Shown: positions 46,233 through 56,375, numbered from the stretch's first letter. The stretch: 64,000 nucleotides of DNA from Candidatus Woesearchaeota archaeon (GCA_964498295.1 CAZCGJ010000001.1:1669-65668); one strand, 5' to 3'. Notes: generated by a model from the letters alone, not told the origin. Made by a program: numbers and translations.

Positions 46233-49200
46233 TCAACCATGTTCAACACAAGAAATTCCGCCGCCTTCAAAAGTACAAGAATAACCTTCATCCCCCAACT
46301 CGAAGGCTTGTCCTTCAGTTACACCAATACTTGTTTTAGCACCATCTTTGTATAACCAATAATTACTACCTTCCATTCTAATAGAATATCCAGTATTATC
46401 GCTGCCTCTTAAAATATTATAGTTTGATCCGTCATTTAAAACAGAAAAATCTCCACTCGTAGAACTAAAAGTAGACGCAGTGCTAGCCCCAGTACCGGAA
46501 GTTCCAGAATTAGAAGCAGTAGAAGCATCAGCAGTAGCTCCTGAATTTGAACTACAAGAAATATCTTTTCCATCAAAGGTACATCTGTATCCTGCAATAT
46601 TATAAAATGGAGATCCTAGAATAACTTTTCCAATACGAGTATCGTCTTTGTATAAATCATAACTATTCTTGAAAATCCTATATGCTGTAGAGCTGCCTTT
46701 GTTCATAATCCTGTAATAACTACCAATGTCTTTTAGAGTAATATCTCCAGAACTACTAGAATCATCTAAAACAGAAGAGTCTAAACTAGGAGCACTTGAT
46801 CTCTGGCTAGAAGCAGATTTCTCTCCCTCTGAATCTTTAATATTTAAAATAGTTTTAACAACTTTAATATATAATTGAACTCTAAGATACAAAGCTTCTG
46901 CCTTATTAGCATCCAATTTTGCATTAGTATAAGCATCTGTCGCCATTCCCAAAACAGGAGAAAGAGCATTATCGATGCTAGATACTCCGCCTTTAACAAT
47001 AGCAGGACTTAAAGTCAACTTAGCAATACTCTTTTTTAAATCAGATAATTTTTCACTAGTCTTTTTCATATCATCTGAAACAACTCTCTCGCTACTATTT
47101 GCAGCCAAATATTCTATAGCTTCTGAAATACTACCTACTTTCTGTAAAACCTTCTGTGCATTCTGTACAGACTTATTATCTAACCAACAGGTCAAATTTT
47201 TACTTCCACAATAACCTACACTTTGCCAATTCTTAGAGTCTTTTCCAACACCAGGATTTTGTGTTGCACATATTCTTGTAATTCCTAAAAGAGAAACATC
47301 TGGATTAATTGCATTGTCTACTCCTTCCTGTACATTTGGATTCAATAATGAATAAATTGAAGAAGTACCAGATATACATTCGTCTTCTGTTGTAATGCCT
47401 CTCGCATTACCTTGTTCTTGCACATATAAATCATTAATAACATCTACAGCAAAATCAGTAGAAACAGAATTAAATCCACATTCTTCCTGATCGTTTACAA
47501 CCAAACACATTTGTTTATATCCGGAAGGTGCAGTAAAATCTTTAGTCTCGCTAGCCTGTTCACCCTTAGTCAAATATCCAGAAATAATATGCACTTGTGC
47601 AGGCATACTATAATAACTCAACGAAGGAGGATCTTTCAAGTAAACAGTATACGATGCGCCAATATCAGTACCGGCATAAATATGATAAAATACTTTATAC
47701 TGTGAAGTAGCTGGAACAGTTGCAGTTGTATAAGGTATAGAAGAGAAAGTACCATAGAATTGTGCAGGAGATTCTGGTTTCAACATAGACTCTATAGCCT
47801 CTGCAGAAGTAGGAATAGAAGTTCCCAAGAAATTTCTACAATATGTAGAACCTATTTCCTCTACATTTCCAAATTTATATGCCGTGAAAGAAGTAGATGC
47901 ATAATTATTTTTGAAATAATCAATGCTGCTTTGCATATTATCCCATGATTGTTGGAATGTTGCATATTCTCCACCATTAGCCTGTCCACCCCACTTAGCA
48001 GTATAAGCTAATTCTGCAAGACTAGGAATTATATTTTTCATAAGTGGAGAAACCTGTCTCCAGAAAAATTCACATTTGTAAACAGCAGTTATTTCATCAC
48101 AAATTCCTACGTGTTTTCCTGATTTTGAATATTCCGATAAACATTTCTGTTGTGCTTTTAATATAGAAATATAACCTTCAATACCTGCATGGATACCTGT
48201 TAAACAGACAGGCATATAAACATCTCCTCCAAATCCTACAAAGTTCTTCAAACACAAAACCGCACTCCCTAAAATACCTGATTGAATTACATTAGGAACA
48301 GCAATTTTTCCTCCAAAATTACATCTAGAAGTAGGGCATATTACAGGATCACAAACATTATACATAAACTTACATTCTTCAGGGCTAAAGAAATCTTGAC
48401 AAACGAAATTATTAGAACTTGCACCCATCATACCTGGCTCTACTTCAACATTATCTCCTACATTAGGAATACTAAACTTTCTTACACCACTCTTATAATT
48501 AGAAGCCACATATCTAATAGCTGTCTTAGCTCGAGAAATTAAATTTCTAATCTCGCTTGCCTGTATGCTACAACCACTAAATCCTTCAAAATTATTGTTA
48601 TTAGTATTGAAACTCTGACAAATATCGTCATTCATTCTTTGGTCCTCTCTACCATTTGGACCTACATTACATAAATACATGAAAGTCACTTCACCAGCAT
48701 CAGTATAGCCAGAAATAGCCTTTCCAGTTGTAATTGTACTTACAACATTACTTGCAGCAGTTGTTACAGTATTTCCTTGAGTTGAAGGAATATAAACGTA
48801 CCAACCTTCTTTCAAGTCTACAGGAACATATGCAGGCATACCTTTATCGTTTGCAGATTCATAGAATCTAACAGTAGGATTTGTATAATTATTTACACAT
48901 TTAATATTAGAAGTCATGTCTACATCCCATCTAGCAGTATCTCTATTATTTGGCAAACCAGTCAAGTCTGTTTTCAATAGTACATTACTGACTTGCTTAT
49001 TACTCAAATCAAAAGTATATGTACTTGCAACAGAACTACCACTACCTAATATGAGCAAATACCAAACTCCGCCAGAATTAGTTGTTGCAACACTTCTACT
49101 GCCCTCTCCCTCAAATTCTTTAACGGCAGAACCGAAAACATTTTTCAAAGTAGCCTTATCAATAGCAACGGAAGAAACAACTTTAACTTTATTATTATCA

Positions 49201-52076
49201 ATAATCGGTTTGAAGTAAGTACCTCTAATAGACTCTGGAAGTTCGCTCAAAGAAGTTTCATATCCCTTATTAGCCTCAGCATTCCTAGCAATATCATCTA
49301 GCTGTGCACTTGTATCAGCATTAATTTCAGATCTCAATCCTTCAGTAATAGTTGTAGAACCGCTCAAACGATTGTATAATAAACATTGTCTAGCCTCAGA
49401 CCAAGAATTAATTTGTTTTGCAGAAACAATTTGACCATTACTTGCTTTATACGAACAAGTACTCCCACTCTGGAATTCAGAAATATTCCCATGATATTGA
49501 TTTTTTATTTCATCATTAATGCCTTCTATCGCGCCAGTGTACGAATCAACATCTTTTGAAATATCATCTGAATAATGATTATAACAAACATCGACAGTAG
49601 GATAATTTCCAGCAGCTACTTCTTGTTTACATTTTACCTTATACACTTGCATAACTTCTTGTCTTGCAGTACTCTGACCAGTAAATCCAGTAATTAAATT
49701 CTTAACATTTAATGCTAATCCCGTAGCCAAACAAACTGCCTTCCAACCTTCAACAAGTTTTCCTAACTGAGCATTCTTTTCTTCCCATTTAGCAATAGTC
49801 TTGTTAAGCTCATCTGCTTGATCTTGAGCCTGCTCAGGACTAAGCTTGATTACTCTTTGTTCAATACCTATATTAAAAGTAAAATTTGCTTCAGAAGTTG
49901 TCTTCAATTCAGAAACAATACTCACATACGCATTCTTCTCAACTTGAACATCACTTAAATATAAACTATATGCCTCATTCTTTGTTGCACCACTACTCAA
50001 CTTTTTAGGTTCAATAACAGTATTAGAATCAGTACTATAGGAAAGCCTAAATGCGCCGTCCGACAAATAACTTACTTGTTTTCCGTCTTGCAATTTAGTA
50101 CTATAATATTCAAAAACTACTTCTTTTGAAGTAATAGTCTTGACAATTAAATAATCATTAGTATTCTTTGTTCCAGAATTAAGAGATAAATTAATTTGAT
50201 CCCCTTCATGCCACAAAATACTTCCAGTTTCATCAGGAACATTTTTGTTATTCATTACTAATTCAAAAGTTTTCGAACTGGAAGGTGCTGGTTTAAATTG
50301 AACAATACCAATAGTATGATATTCATTATTTGCAAAAACAGATTTGTATGCATTTGTAGAATCAGTTCTTTGAGCAATAGTTAACTGACTTCGAATACTC
50401 TCAGCCAAAGCAGAACTAGGATATAATTCTAAAAACTTATTCATTAGTTCAACTTTCTTAATATTATAGTCTAAACCTTTTTGCTGTAATCTTTTAGCAA
50501 GTTCTATTTCTTCAATCAATGCACTCTCACCATAATTTGTGCCTGTAGAATTAGATAAATAAGAATAATCATTTAATAATTCAGAAAGAACATTTTCACC
50601 TTCTTTGAAATAAGTAGATGCAAGCTCCTTATCTGATTGAGTAGTAGTTGTTTGAACATCTTCACCTTCGGTAGTTACAAGCCCTTTAAAAGAAATGCCT
50701 TTAACGGAATCTCCAGGCCTATCTCCGGAGAATAATATTTTAATGTTGCTTGCAGGAGCTTTTGTTGTATCAATACTATTTTTGAACTCGGTTAAAGTCA
50801 TAGCAACATCTCTTTTACTATTAAAAGTATTATAGACGTTCGCGGAAATTTCTGAATAAACTTTATTTTCCAAAGCAGATTCACTTTTAACCATCACAAC
50901 AAATTCAGTATCTGCAGATATACTCTCTATAGGTTTTTTTGTAACTCCTGCATACGCAAAATAATAGTTTCCTTCATCAGAAGGCACTCTGCTCGCCATT
51001 TCATAAGTACTCATAATATTTTGTGAATTAGTAACATTGGCTTTATACAAACTTAACAAACTTAAATCAAGAGTTTTTCCACCACAAGAAACCTTTACAG
51101 TTCCAGTATCTCCTGCAAGTACATTTAAGTTAGTAACTCTACAGCCAGTGTTACCGAGCTTAGTAGTTTTTCTTGCTTCCATTTGAACACCGTCAACACT
51201 TAAGATAACAGAATCTTCAGGAGAATCAATATCATTTAATTTAAGTTGAAGTCCAGCACGACAATAAAAACCTGGAAAATAAAATAATCCACCAGTCTGT
51301 CCACGAGTTAATGTTTCTGTTCTAATTTTTGCTCCATCCGGAGTCAAAACTTCAATAGTTGCTTGATCATTTTGAACATCAACAAGCCTAAGTACTCCTC
51401 TGCCTTGCCAAAAACCTTGCAGATATTTGCTCGATTCCCATTCATCATCACTCATTGTTCTTAAATAAAATTCAGAGCTACCAACACCAAATGCTTTTTC
51501 AGCATCATAATAAAGAGTAGCTGTTAAATTACCAGAAACATTTTTTGGAGAAGCAGTCTCATTGCTCTGTTTTTTTAAGATAATAACTACATAACCAATA
51601 TTATTTACAACAGGGCTGCCCAATAAAGTATTGTAACTATTCAAAGCAGCTCTAGCAGGATAATAACTAACGCCTGCAATTTCTGTAGGATATTTTCCTC
51701 TAAAAGAAATTGATTTTATAGAAGAAACTTTAATCAAGGGGTTTACTTTAGCAGATTCTAGTTGGCAGAAAACAGGAACGTTTTGTTCGGCAAGTAAATC
51801 AGATCTTACTACGCTAGGAGTACATCCCGAAGGAGGAATCATAACAAGAAAATCAGTATTTCCATAACAACGATTATTTGCAATATCATCTGCCAACTGA
51901 GGCCAGTAAGTATTAATATCTGTGGAAGAATAAACACTAGAAAGACTAGGATTAACATATTGATAATTAGTACTTCCAGAAAAAGAAGCAGTACCAGTAG
52001 GATTACTTAAGTCAGCACACACAAATCCTACTGAAAAAAACAAAACTGATAAAAATATTAAATTTAAATTTCTCAT
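46233..52076 (-). CDS. giant (1947 aa) secreted Cys-rich protein
   Basis: Signal peptide; many Cys; coiled-coil segment; two C-terminal repeats; ATGA overlap with upstream gene. Confidence 0.85.
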   Translation of the reverse strand: MRNLNLIFLSVLFFSVGFVCADLSNPTGTASFSGSTNYQYVNPSLSSVYSSTDINTYWPQLADDIANNRCYGNTDFLVMIPPSGCTPSVVRSDLLAEQNVPVFCQLESAKVNPLIKVSSIKSISFRGKYPTEIAGVSYYPARAALNSYNTLLGSPVVNNIGYVVIILKKQSNETASPKNVSGNLTATLYYDAEKAFGVGSSEFYLRTMSDDEWESSKYLQGFWQGRGVLRLVDVQNDQATIEVLTPDGAKIRTETLTRGQTGGLFYFPGFYCRAGLQLKLNDIDSPEDSVILSVDGVQMEARKTTKLGNTGCRVTNLNVLAGDTGTVKVSCGGKTLDLSLLSLYKANVTNSQNIMSTYEMASRVPSDEGNYYFAYAGVTKKPIESISADTEFVVMVKSESALENKVYSEISANVYNTFNSKRDVAMTLTEFKNSIDTTKAPASNIKILFSGDRPGDSVKGISFKGLVTTEGEDVQTTTTQSDKELASTYFKEGENVLSELLNDYSYLSNSTGTNYGESALIEEIELAKRLQQKGLDYNIKKVELMNKFLELYPSSALAESIRSQLTIAQRTDSTNAYKSVFANNEYHTIGIVQFKPAPSSSKTFELVMNNKNVPDETGSILWHEGDQINLSLNSGTKNTNDYLIVKTITSKEVVFEYYSTKLQDGKQVSYLSDGAFRLSYSTDSNTVIEPKKLSSGATKNEAYSLYLSDVQVEKNAYVSIVSELKTTSEANFTFNIGIEQRVIKLSPEQAQDQADELNKTIAKWEEKNAQLGKLVEGWKAVCLATGLALNVKNLITGFTGQSTARQEVMQVYKVKCKQEVAAGNYPTVDVCYNHYSDDISKDVDSYTGAIEGINDEIKNQYHGNISEFQSGSTCSYKASNGQIVSAKQINSWSEARQCLLYNRLSGSTTITEGLRSEINADTSAQLDDIARNAEANKGYETSLSELPESIRGTYFKPIIDNNKVKVVSSVAIDKATLKNVFGSAVKEFEGEGSRSVATTNSGGVWYLLILGSGSSVASTYTFDLSNKQVSNVLLKTDLTGLPNNRDTARWDVDMTSNIKCVNNYTNPTVRFYESANDKGMPAYVPVDLKEGWYVYIPSTQGNTVTTAASNVVSTITTGKAISGYTDAGEVTFMYLCNVGPNGREDQRMNDDICQSFNTNNNNFEGFSGCSIQASEIRNLISRAKTAIRYVASNYKSGVRKFSIPNVGDNVEVEPGMMGASSNNFVCQDFFSPEECKFMYNVCDPVICPTSRCNFGGKIAVPNVIQSGILGSAVLCLKNFVGFGGDVYMPVCLTGIHAGIEGYISILKAQQKCLSEYSKSGKHVGICDEITAVYKCEFFWRQVSPLMKNIIPSLAELAYTAKWGGQANGGEYATFQQSWDNMQSSIDYFKNNYASTSFTAYKFGNVEEIGSTYCRNFLGTSIPTSAEAIESMLKPESPAQFYGTFSSIPYTTATVPATSQYKVFYHIYAGTDIGASYTVYLKDPPSLSYYSMPAQVHIISGYLTKGEQASETKDFTAPSGYKQMCLVVNDQEECGFNSVSTDFAVDVINDLYVQEQGNARGITTEDECISGTSSIYSLLNPNVQEGVDNAINPDVSLLGITRICATQNPGVGKDSKNWQSVGYCGSKNLTCWLDNKSVQNAQKVLQKVGSISEAIEYLAANSSERVVSDDMKKTSEKLSDLKKSIAKLTLSPAIVKGGVSSIDNALSPVLGMATDAYTNAKLDANKAEALYLRVQLYIKVVKTILNIKDSEGEKSASSQRSSAPSLDSSVLDDSSSSGDITLKDIGSYYRIMNKGSSTAYRIFKNSYDLYKDDTRIGKVILGSPFYNIAGYRCTFDGKDISCSSNSGATADASTASNSGTSGTGASTASTFSSTSGDFSVLNDGSNYNILRGSDNTGYSIRMEGSNYWLYKDGAKTSIGVTEGQAFELGDEGYSCTFEGGGISCVEHG

Positions 52077-53923
52077 CTAAAATTCAATTCGACGCTCGAA
52101 ACCTCCCATTGTGCATAATTAGCCTCTAAATCAGATATACTAGTCGGAGTTTTAAATGTAGGCACATCGATCCTTAATTCATTATAATTAGTTAATAATT
52201 CATCTGTAAAATAATCTTGCGTACTGCCTCCGCCAACTATAGCCGAATCAATACTTTGTGCAGGAATATCTAAATCAAAACATTTACTTTCTGTAGATCC
52301 AAATATACCTCCAATACTACTGGAAGGAACATCTAAACATTTTTGTTGTTTTATTCCAGCAAAACTTATAGAAGTATTTGAATAAACATAAGCAGTTACA
52401 TTATATTCTCCTTCTGCAAGTCTAACCACTTTATCTTCTGGATAACTAAATACAGAAGTATAATCATTTGAAGAGAAAACAATATTTGCTTTTCCTACAG
52501 AAGACATAGAAACGTTTATTGTATGTATTTTTTTCATCATAATATCTGCATTGTCTTCTCTATTAGTAGATATAATATATGATGATGAAGTATAATTTTC
52601 AGAATATGCATGTAATATTCCATTAACACAACTAGGAACATCTGCTATCAAATAAGACTCATCACTCGAAACTTTCTTTGTACTTCCCAAATCGCAAGTC
52701 TCATCTAAACAACTAAAACTTAATCTAGCTTCGATCGGATTCAAATCTAAATCAGTAGTACTTACTCTTACCTTCTTATCAGAATTTGCACAAATAACAT
52801 TATTATCAATAATTTCATCGCCCGTTAAAATTGCTTCTCTTGCCTGACTATTTTTGATTATGGCAACAACACCAAATTGAAATAAGTCATTTCCGTCGAA
52901 AAACTGAACCAAGACAGGGAACTTTATATCATAAACAAAATGATAAGGAACAAAACATAAACCAAACATACTAAGTCCTTGTTGAGTTCCTACAGGTTGA
53001 ACAACTTTATCCCCATACATCTGCACGCTTGTTGGCCAAGAGGAAGAATACATGAAGTTTACATTCTCATCTACTTTCTCACCTAAATCTACAACGAAAT
53101 AGGAATTTTTTTTATCAGATAAATCATAATAATTTCCAGCAACTTTTAAGAAAGCGATATTATCTTCCAAACCTAAAGAAATATTTCTTTTTGTTAAATC
53201 TTCATTAAACATTCTAGGAGAACAACCGAAATCAACACCCGTTACAGGAGCATACAAATACATAACATCCAAACCATATGCTTCTAAAAATCCGTCTGAT
53301 TTTTCTTTATCGTAAATCTTTGAAGCTAAATCATAAAACTTTCCAAGTTTAGATTTAACAGTTACTTCGTGTTTACTAACGGTAGCTGATTGATTTTCAA
53401 AAGTAATAAAAACAGGATTGTCTAAAGAAACATAGACGCTATCAGAATTTATATTAACATTTACAGAACCATCATAAATATCTACAAAAATCCCAGCACT
53501 ATTTAAAAAATCAAAATTACAATTATTTATTCCTTCATAAATAAATCGTGTTAATTCTTGATCCATTTCTTCAATAGTGGGTTTTTGTTCAACAATCATA
53601 TTATTTCCAGAAACAAACATCCAGTAAGGAACTGCACCACCGTAAAAATCTAATTGAGAAGAAGAAGGAGCATATGAACTACCAGGATAAAATTTTAATT
53701 CTTCAAGATAAAGATGTCCGCCTTGTTGACCTAATAAATTTATACCTAATTTTGCTCTATCAGAAATACAAGCTAAATATGCATCTTCTCCTTGCTTTAG
53801 TTCTTTTGAACCACCTGGTAAAGAAGTATTATTAATTAAGAAATATATTCCAATCGCAGCTACGACGAGAATTCCAATAATAATAAAAACAGTTACCTGA
53901 CCCCTCTTTTGTCTTTTAATCAT
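52073..53923 (-). CDS. large pilin-like protein (class III signal peptide)
   Basis: QKRG/QVTVFIIIGIL; C...A..GI.LLGQQGG; VPYW. Confidence 0.8.
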   Translation of the reverse strand: MIKRQKRGQVTVFIIIGILVVAAIGIYFLINNTSLPGGSKELKQGEDAYLACISDRAKLGINLLGQQGGHLYLEELKFYPGSSYAPSSSQLDFYGGAVPYWMFVSGNNMIVEQKPTIEEMDQELTRFIYEGINNCNFDFLNSAGIFVDIYDGSVNVNINSDSVYVSLDNPVFITFENQSATVSKHEVTVKSKLGKFYDLASKIYDKEKSDGFLEAYGLDVMYLYAPVTGVDFGCSPRMFNEDLTKRNISLGLEDNIAFLKVAGNYYDLSDKKNSYFVVDLGEKVDENVNFMYSSSWPTSVQMYGDKVVQPVGTQQGLSMFGLCFVPYHFVYDIKFPVLVQFFDGNDLFQFGVVAIIKNSQAREAILTGDEIIDNNVICANSDKKVRVSTTDLDLNPIEARLSFSCLDETCDLGSTKKVSSDESYLIADVPSCVNGILHAYSENYTSSSYIISTNREDNADIMMKKIHTINVSMSSVGKANIVFSSNDYTSVFSYPEDKVVRLAEGEYNVTAYVYSNTSISFAGIKQQKCLDVPSSSIGGIFGSTESKCFDLDIPAQSIDSAIVGGGSTQDYFTDELLTNYNELRIDVPTFKTPTSISDLEANYAQWEVSSVELNFR

Positions 53924-53990
53924 TGATAAAATAAGAAAAATAAGATATATAAATATATTTATAAAACAAAAAAGTATCGAAGTCTAATAA

Positions 53991-54061
53991 GATCCCATTG
54001 TCTAACGGTAGTACGGCTCTTTGACGTGGAGCAGGCCGAGGTTCAACTCCTCGTGGGATCA
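53991..54061 (+). tRNA. tRNA-Val(GAC)
   Basis: GATCCCA/TGGGATC-A, GCTCT-TT-GAC-GT-GGAGC, CGAGG-TTCAACT-CCTCG. Confidence 0.88.
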
Positions 54062-54170
54062 TTTTACCAAGCTTCGTAGAAGTCGGTAAGGTAACGAACT
54101 TGCTGAGTTACCGCTATCGGACTTTTTCGATCAAGCCACGGGCTTGAAATTATGCGAAAAAAGTCCTTTT
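54060..54170. ncRNA. candidate structured non-coding element, copy B
   Basis: Stems TTACC/GGTAA, GGTAAC/GTTACC, GGACTTTTT/AAAAAGTCC with nested TCAAGCC/GGCTTGA; homologous to 20781-20906. Confidence 0.55.
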
Positions 54171-54215
54171 GAATAAGAAGATATTTATCCAAGATTCTAA
54201 ATTAACAAAGAAAAA

Positions 54216-54482
54216 TTAGTGTTTACCACCAAGAACTTGTCCCCAATTCTCTTTAAGATATGCTACTTTGAAAGATTTCTTATCGAGCTTTGCTAAAATA
54301 CACAAATCACCAAAAAAATCCTCTGGAAGAGTTCTATTCTCGTTATAGTAGCTTTTAAGAGTTTGATAGTTAATTTTTAGGCCAAATTGTAACAGGCCAC
54401 GCAAAGAAGGAGAATTAATTCTTTCAACAACTAGATCTAAGAACTTTCTCTGATATCCTACTTTAAATTTTATTCTCGTCAT
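54216..54482 (-). CDS. small HTH-like protein
   Basis: RIKF..G.QRKFL, YQTLKSYYNE.R.LP, NWGQV.GG; start reassigned to ATG 54482. Confidence 0.6.
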   Translation of the reverse strand: MTRIKFKVGYQRKFLDLVVERINSPSLRGLLQFGLKINYQTLKSYYNENRTLPEDFFGDLCILAKLDKKSFKVAYLKENWGQVLGGKH

Positions 54483-54586
54483 CGTAATCTGGAGGCGCGC
54501 TTCGCGCAATATTTCACGCGACACTGCGCAACTATAGACATGGGAAACTTTATAAACCCTCCCAACGAAACCTTTTTACACACAAA

Positions 54587-54895
54587 ATGAAATTACCTAA
54601 AAAAACAAATAGATTTTGCCCATATTGCAAAAAACAAACTGAACAAAAGATAAAGTTAGTTGGATCTGGTTCAAAGAAAAACTCATTATCTAGAGGTTCA
54701 AAAATTAGAGCGAGATTAAGAGGAAGAAACAGAGGTATAGGTAACTTAGGAAGATATAGCAAACCAGCAGTATCCAAATTCAAAAGAAAAACTAAAACAA
54801 CTAAAAAGGCAAAGATTCTATACATCTGTTCAGTCTGTAACAAAGGCAAAGACAAATGCAAAGGAATAAGAGCATCTAAAGTGGTACAAGAATAA
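54587..54895 (+). CDS. rpl44e: 50S ribosomal protein L44e
   Basis: MKLPK...FCPYCKK, K.TKK....CSVC. Confidence 0.93.
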   Translation: MKLPKKTNRFCPYCKKQTEQKIKLVGSGSKKNSLSRGSKIRARLRGRNRGIGNLGRYSKPAVSKFKRKTKTTKKAKILYICSVCNKGKDKCKGIRASKVVQE

Positions 54896-55623
54896 TGGCA
54901 ACAAGAAAAAAGTTTATTGACGTAAATTTAGCAATGGTAAACGAAACATTACCAGTATTAGGCGAACCAGAATCTCTTGTAAACAAAACAATCAAATTAG
55001 ACTTGTCTAGAAAATTAAAAGGAAGAGGATTAGAAGTAGTATTCCAAATATTAGCAAACGGCAAAGAACTTACAGGTTATCCAAAAAATATGACTTTAAT
55101 GAGAAGTTATATTACAAGAATGATGAGAAAAAGAGTAAACTATGTTGAAGATTCATTCACAAGCTCATGTAAAGACATACCGGTTACAATAAAACCATTC
55201 TTAATTACAAGAAAGAAAGTTTCCAGAGCAATTAGAAATAATCTGAGAAAAACAACAAAGGAATTTATTTTAGAATATACAAAAACAAAAACATACATGG
55301 AACTTGCAGAATCTATCTTATTTGGAGAAATGCAAAAAGAAATGTACCCTAAATTAAAGAAAGTTTACCCATTATCTTTATGCGAAATAAGAGTATTGGA
55401 AGTTAAAGACGTTACAAAAGCAGATTTAACAGTAAAAGAAAAACCAAAAGTAGAAGCAACTGAAGAAGTAGAAGAATTAACTCAAGCTGAAGAAATAGAA
55501 TTAGCTGAAAAAGCAAAAAAGGCTAAAGAAGAAGCTAAAGAAGAGAATCTAGAAGAAAAATTAGAAGAAGAAAAACCCAAGAAAGCTAAGAAGAAAAAAG
55601 AAGAAGAAAAGAAAGAGGAATAA
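54895..55623 (+). CDS. rps3ae: 30S ribosomal protein S3Ae (eS1), divergent, with Glu/Lys-rich tail
   Basis: SYI.RMMRKR..YVEDSF, IR..LR, KKVYPL..CEIR. Confidence 0.8.
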   Translation: MATRKKFIDVNLAMVNETLPVLGEPESLVNKTIKLDLSRKLKGRGLEVVFQILANGKELTGYPKNMTLMRSYITRMMRKRVNYVEDSFTSSCKDIPVTIKPFLITRKKVSRAIRNNLRKTTKEFILEYTKTKTYMELAESILFGEMQKEMYPKLKKVYPLSLCEIRVLEVKDVTKADLTVKEKPKVEATEEVEELTQAEEIELAEKAKKAKEEAKEENLEEKLEEEKPKKAKKKKEEEKKEE

Positions 55624-56160
55624 ATGGCACAACAACAATGTTTAGTTCTAATTAAACCAGACGGTTTAGTAAAAAGTTTAACAGGAGATATTCTTACAAT
55701 ATTATCTAGCACTAAGTTAAAAATTGTAGGAGCAAAAATTGTCTCAATGAAGAGAGAATTTGCAGAAGAACATTATTCTGAATTAAAACAAAACCTTTTG
55801 AAAAAGTTCGGAGAACAAAAAGGAAATGATGTTTTTGAGAATGTAATTAAGTATATTGTAGGCGAATACCATACAAATAGAGTTATGGCACTTGTTTACT
55901 CTGGCGAAGATGCAATTCAAAAAATAAGAGAAGTTGCAGGAAGCACAAATCCTGAAGAAGCAGACCCTGTCTCAATCAGAGGAAAATATGGAAGAATCCA
56001 TTCTAAAACAAATGTTTTTGAAAATGTTATTCATGCGTCAGATTCTGAAGCTAGTGCAAAAAGAGAAATCCAACTATGGTTTTCACCTGACGAGTTAACA
56101 GAAATAACTTACCCAACAGAAAAAAGAACAGAAGCTACAGAAAGAACATTCTGGAAATAA
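55624..56160 (+). CDS. ndk: nucleoside diphosphate kinase
   Basis: IKPDG, G.TNP, SIRG, NVIHASDS, REI..WF. Confidence 0.95.
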   Translation: MAQQQCLVLIKPDGLVKSLTGDILTILSSTKLKIVGAKIVSMKREFAEEHYSELKQNLLKKFGEQKGNDVFENVIKYIVGEYHTNRVMALVYSGEDAIQKIREVAGSTNPEEADPVSIRGKYGRIHSKTNVFENVIHASDSEASAKREIQLWFSPDELTEITYPTEKRTEATERTFWK

Positions 56161-56256
56161 TTCTAAAAAATTAAGAGTATAATCCTATTAAAAATATTTT
56201 ATAAAAGTAAAAAACCAATATAGAAATTTGTATCTTCAATATATTTTTATGAAAAA

Positions 56257-56329
56257 AGCCTGCAGAGGGAATCAAACCCCCGACCCCAAGTTTACAAAAC
56301 TTGTGCTCTATCAGCTGAGCTATGCAGGC
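56257..56329 (-). tRNA. tRNA-Thr(TGT)
   Basis: GCCTGCA/TGCAGGC-T, CAAGT-TT-TGT-AA-ACTTG. Confidence 0.92.
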
Positions 56330-56375
56330 ATAAAAATATGTTATTTAGATGGTTTTTAAGTATTTTGATTCCTGA

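Noticed and set aside
54060-54170. Element as a hammerhead, HDV/theta or twister ribozyme, SRP RNA or 5S rRNA
   Set aside because: Could not find their conserved cores (CUGAnGA/GAAA, nested double pseudoknot, helix-8 motif) by eye; an Rfam scan is still needed
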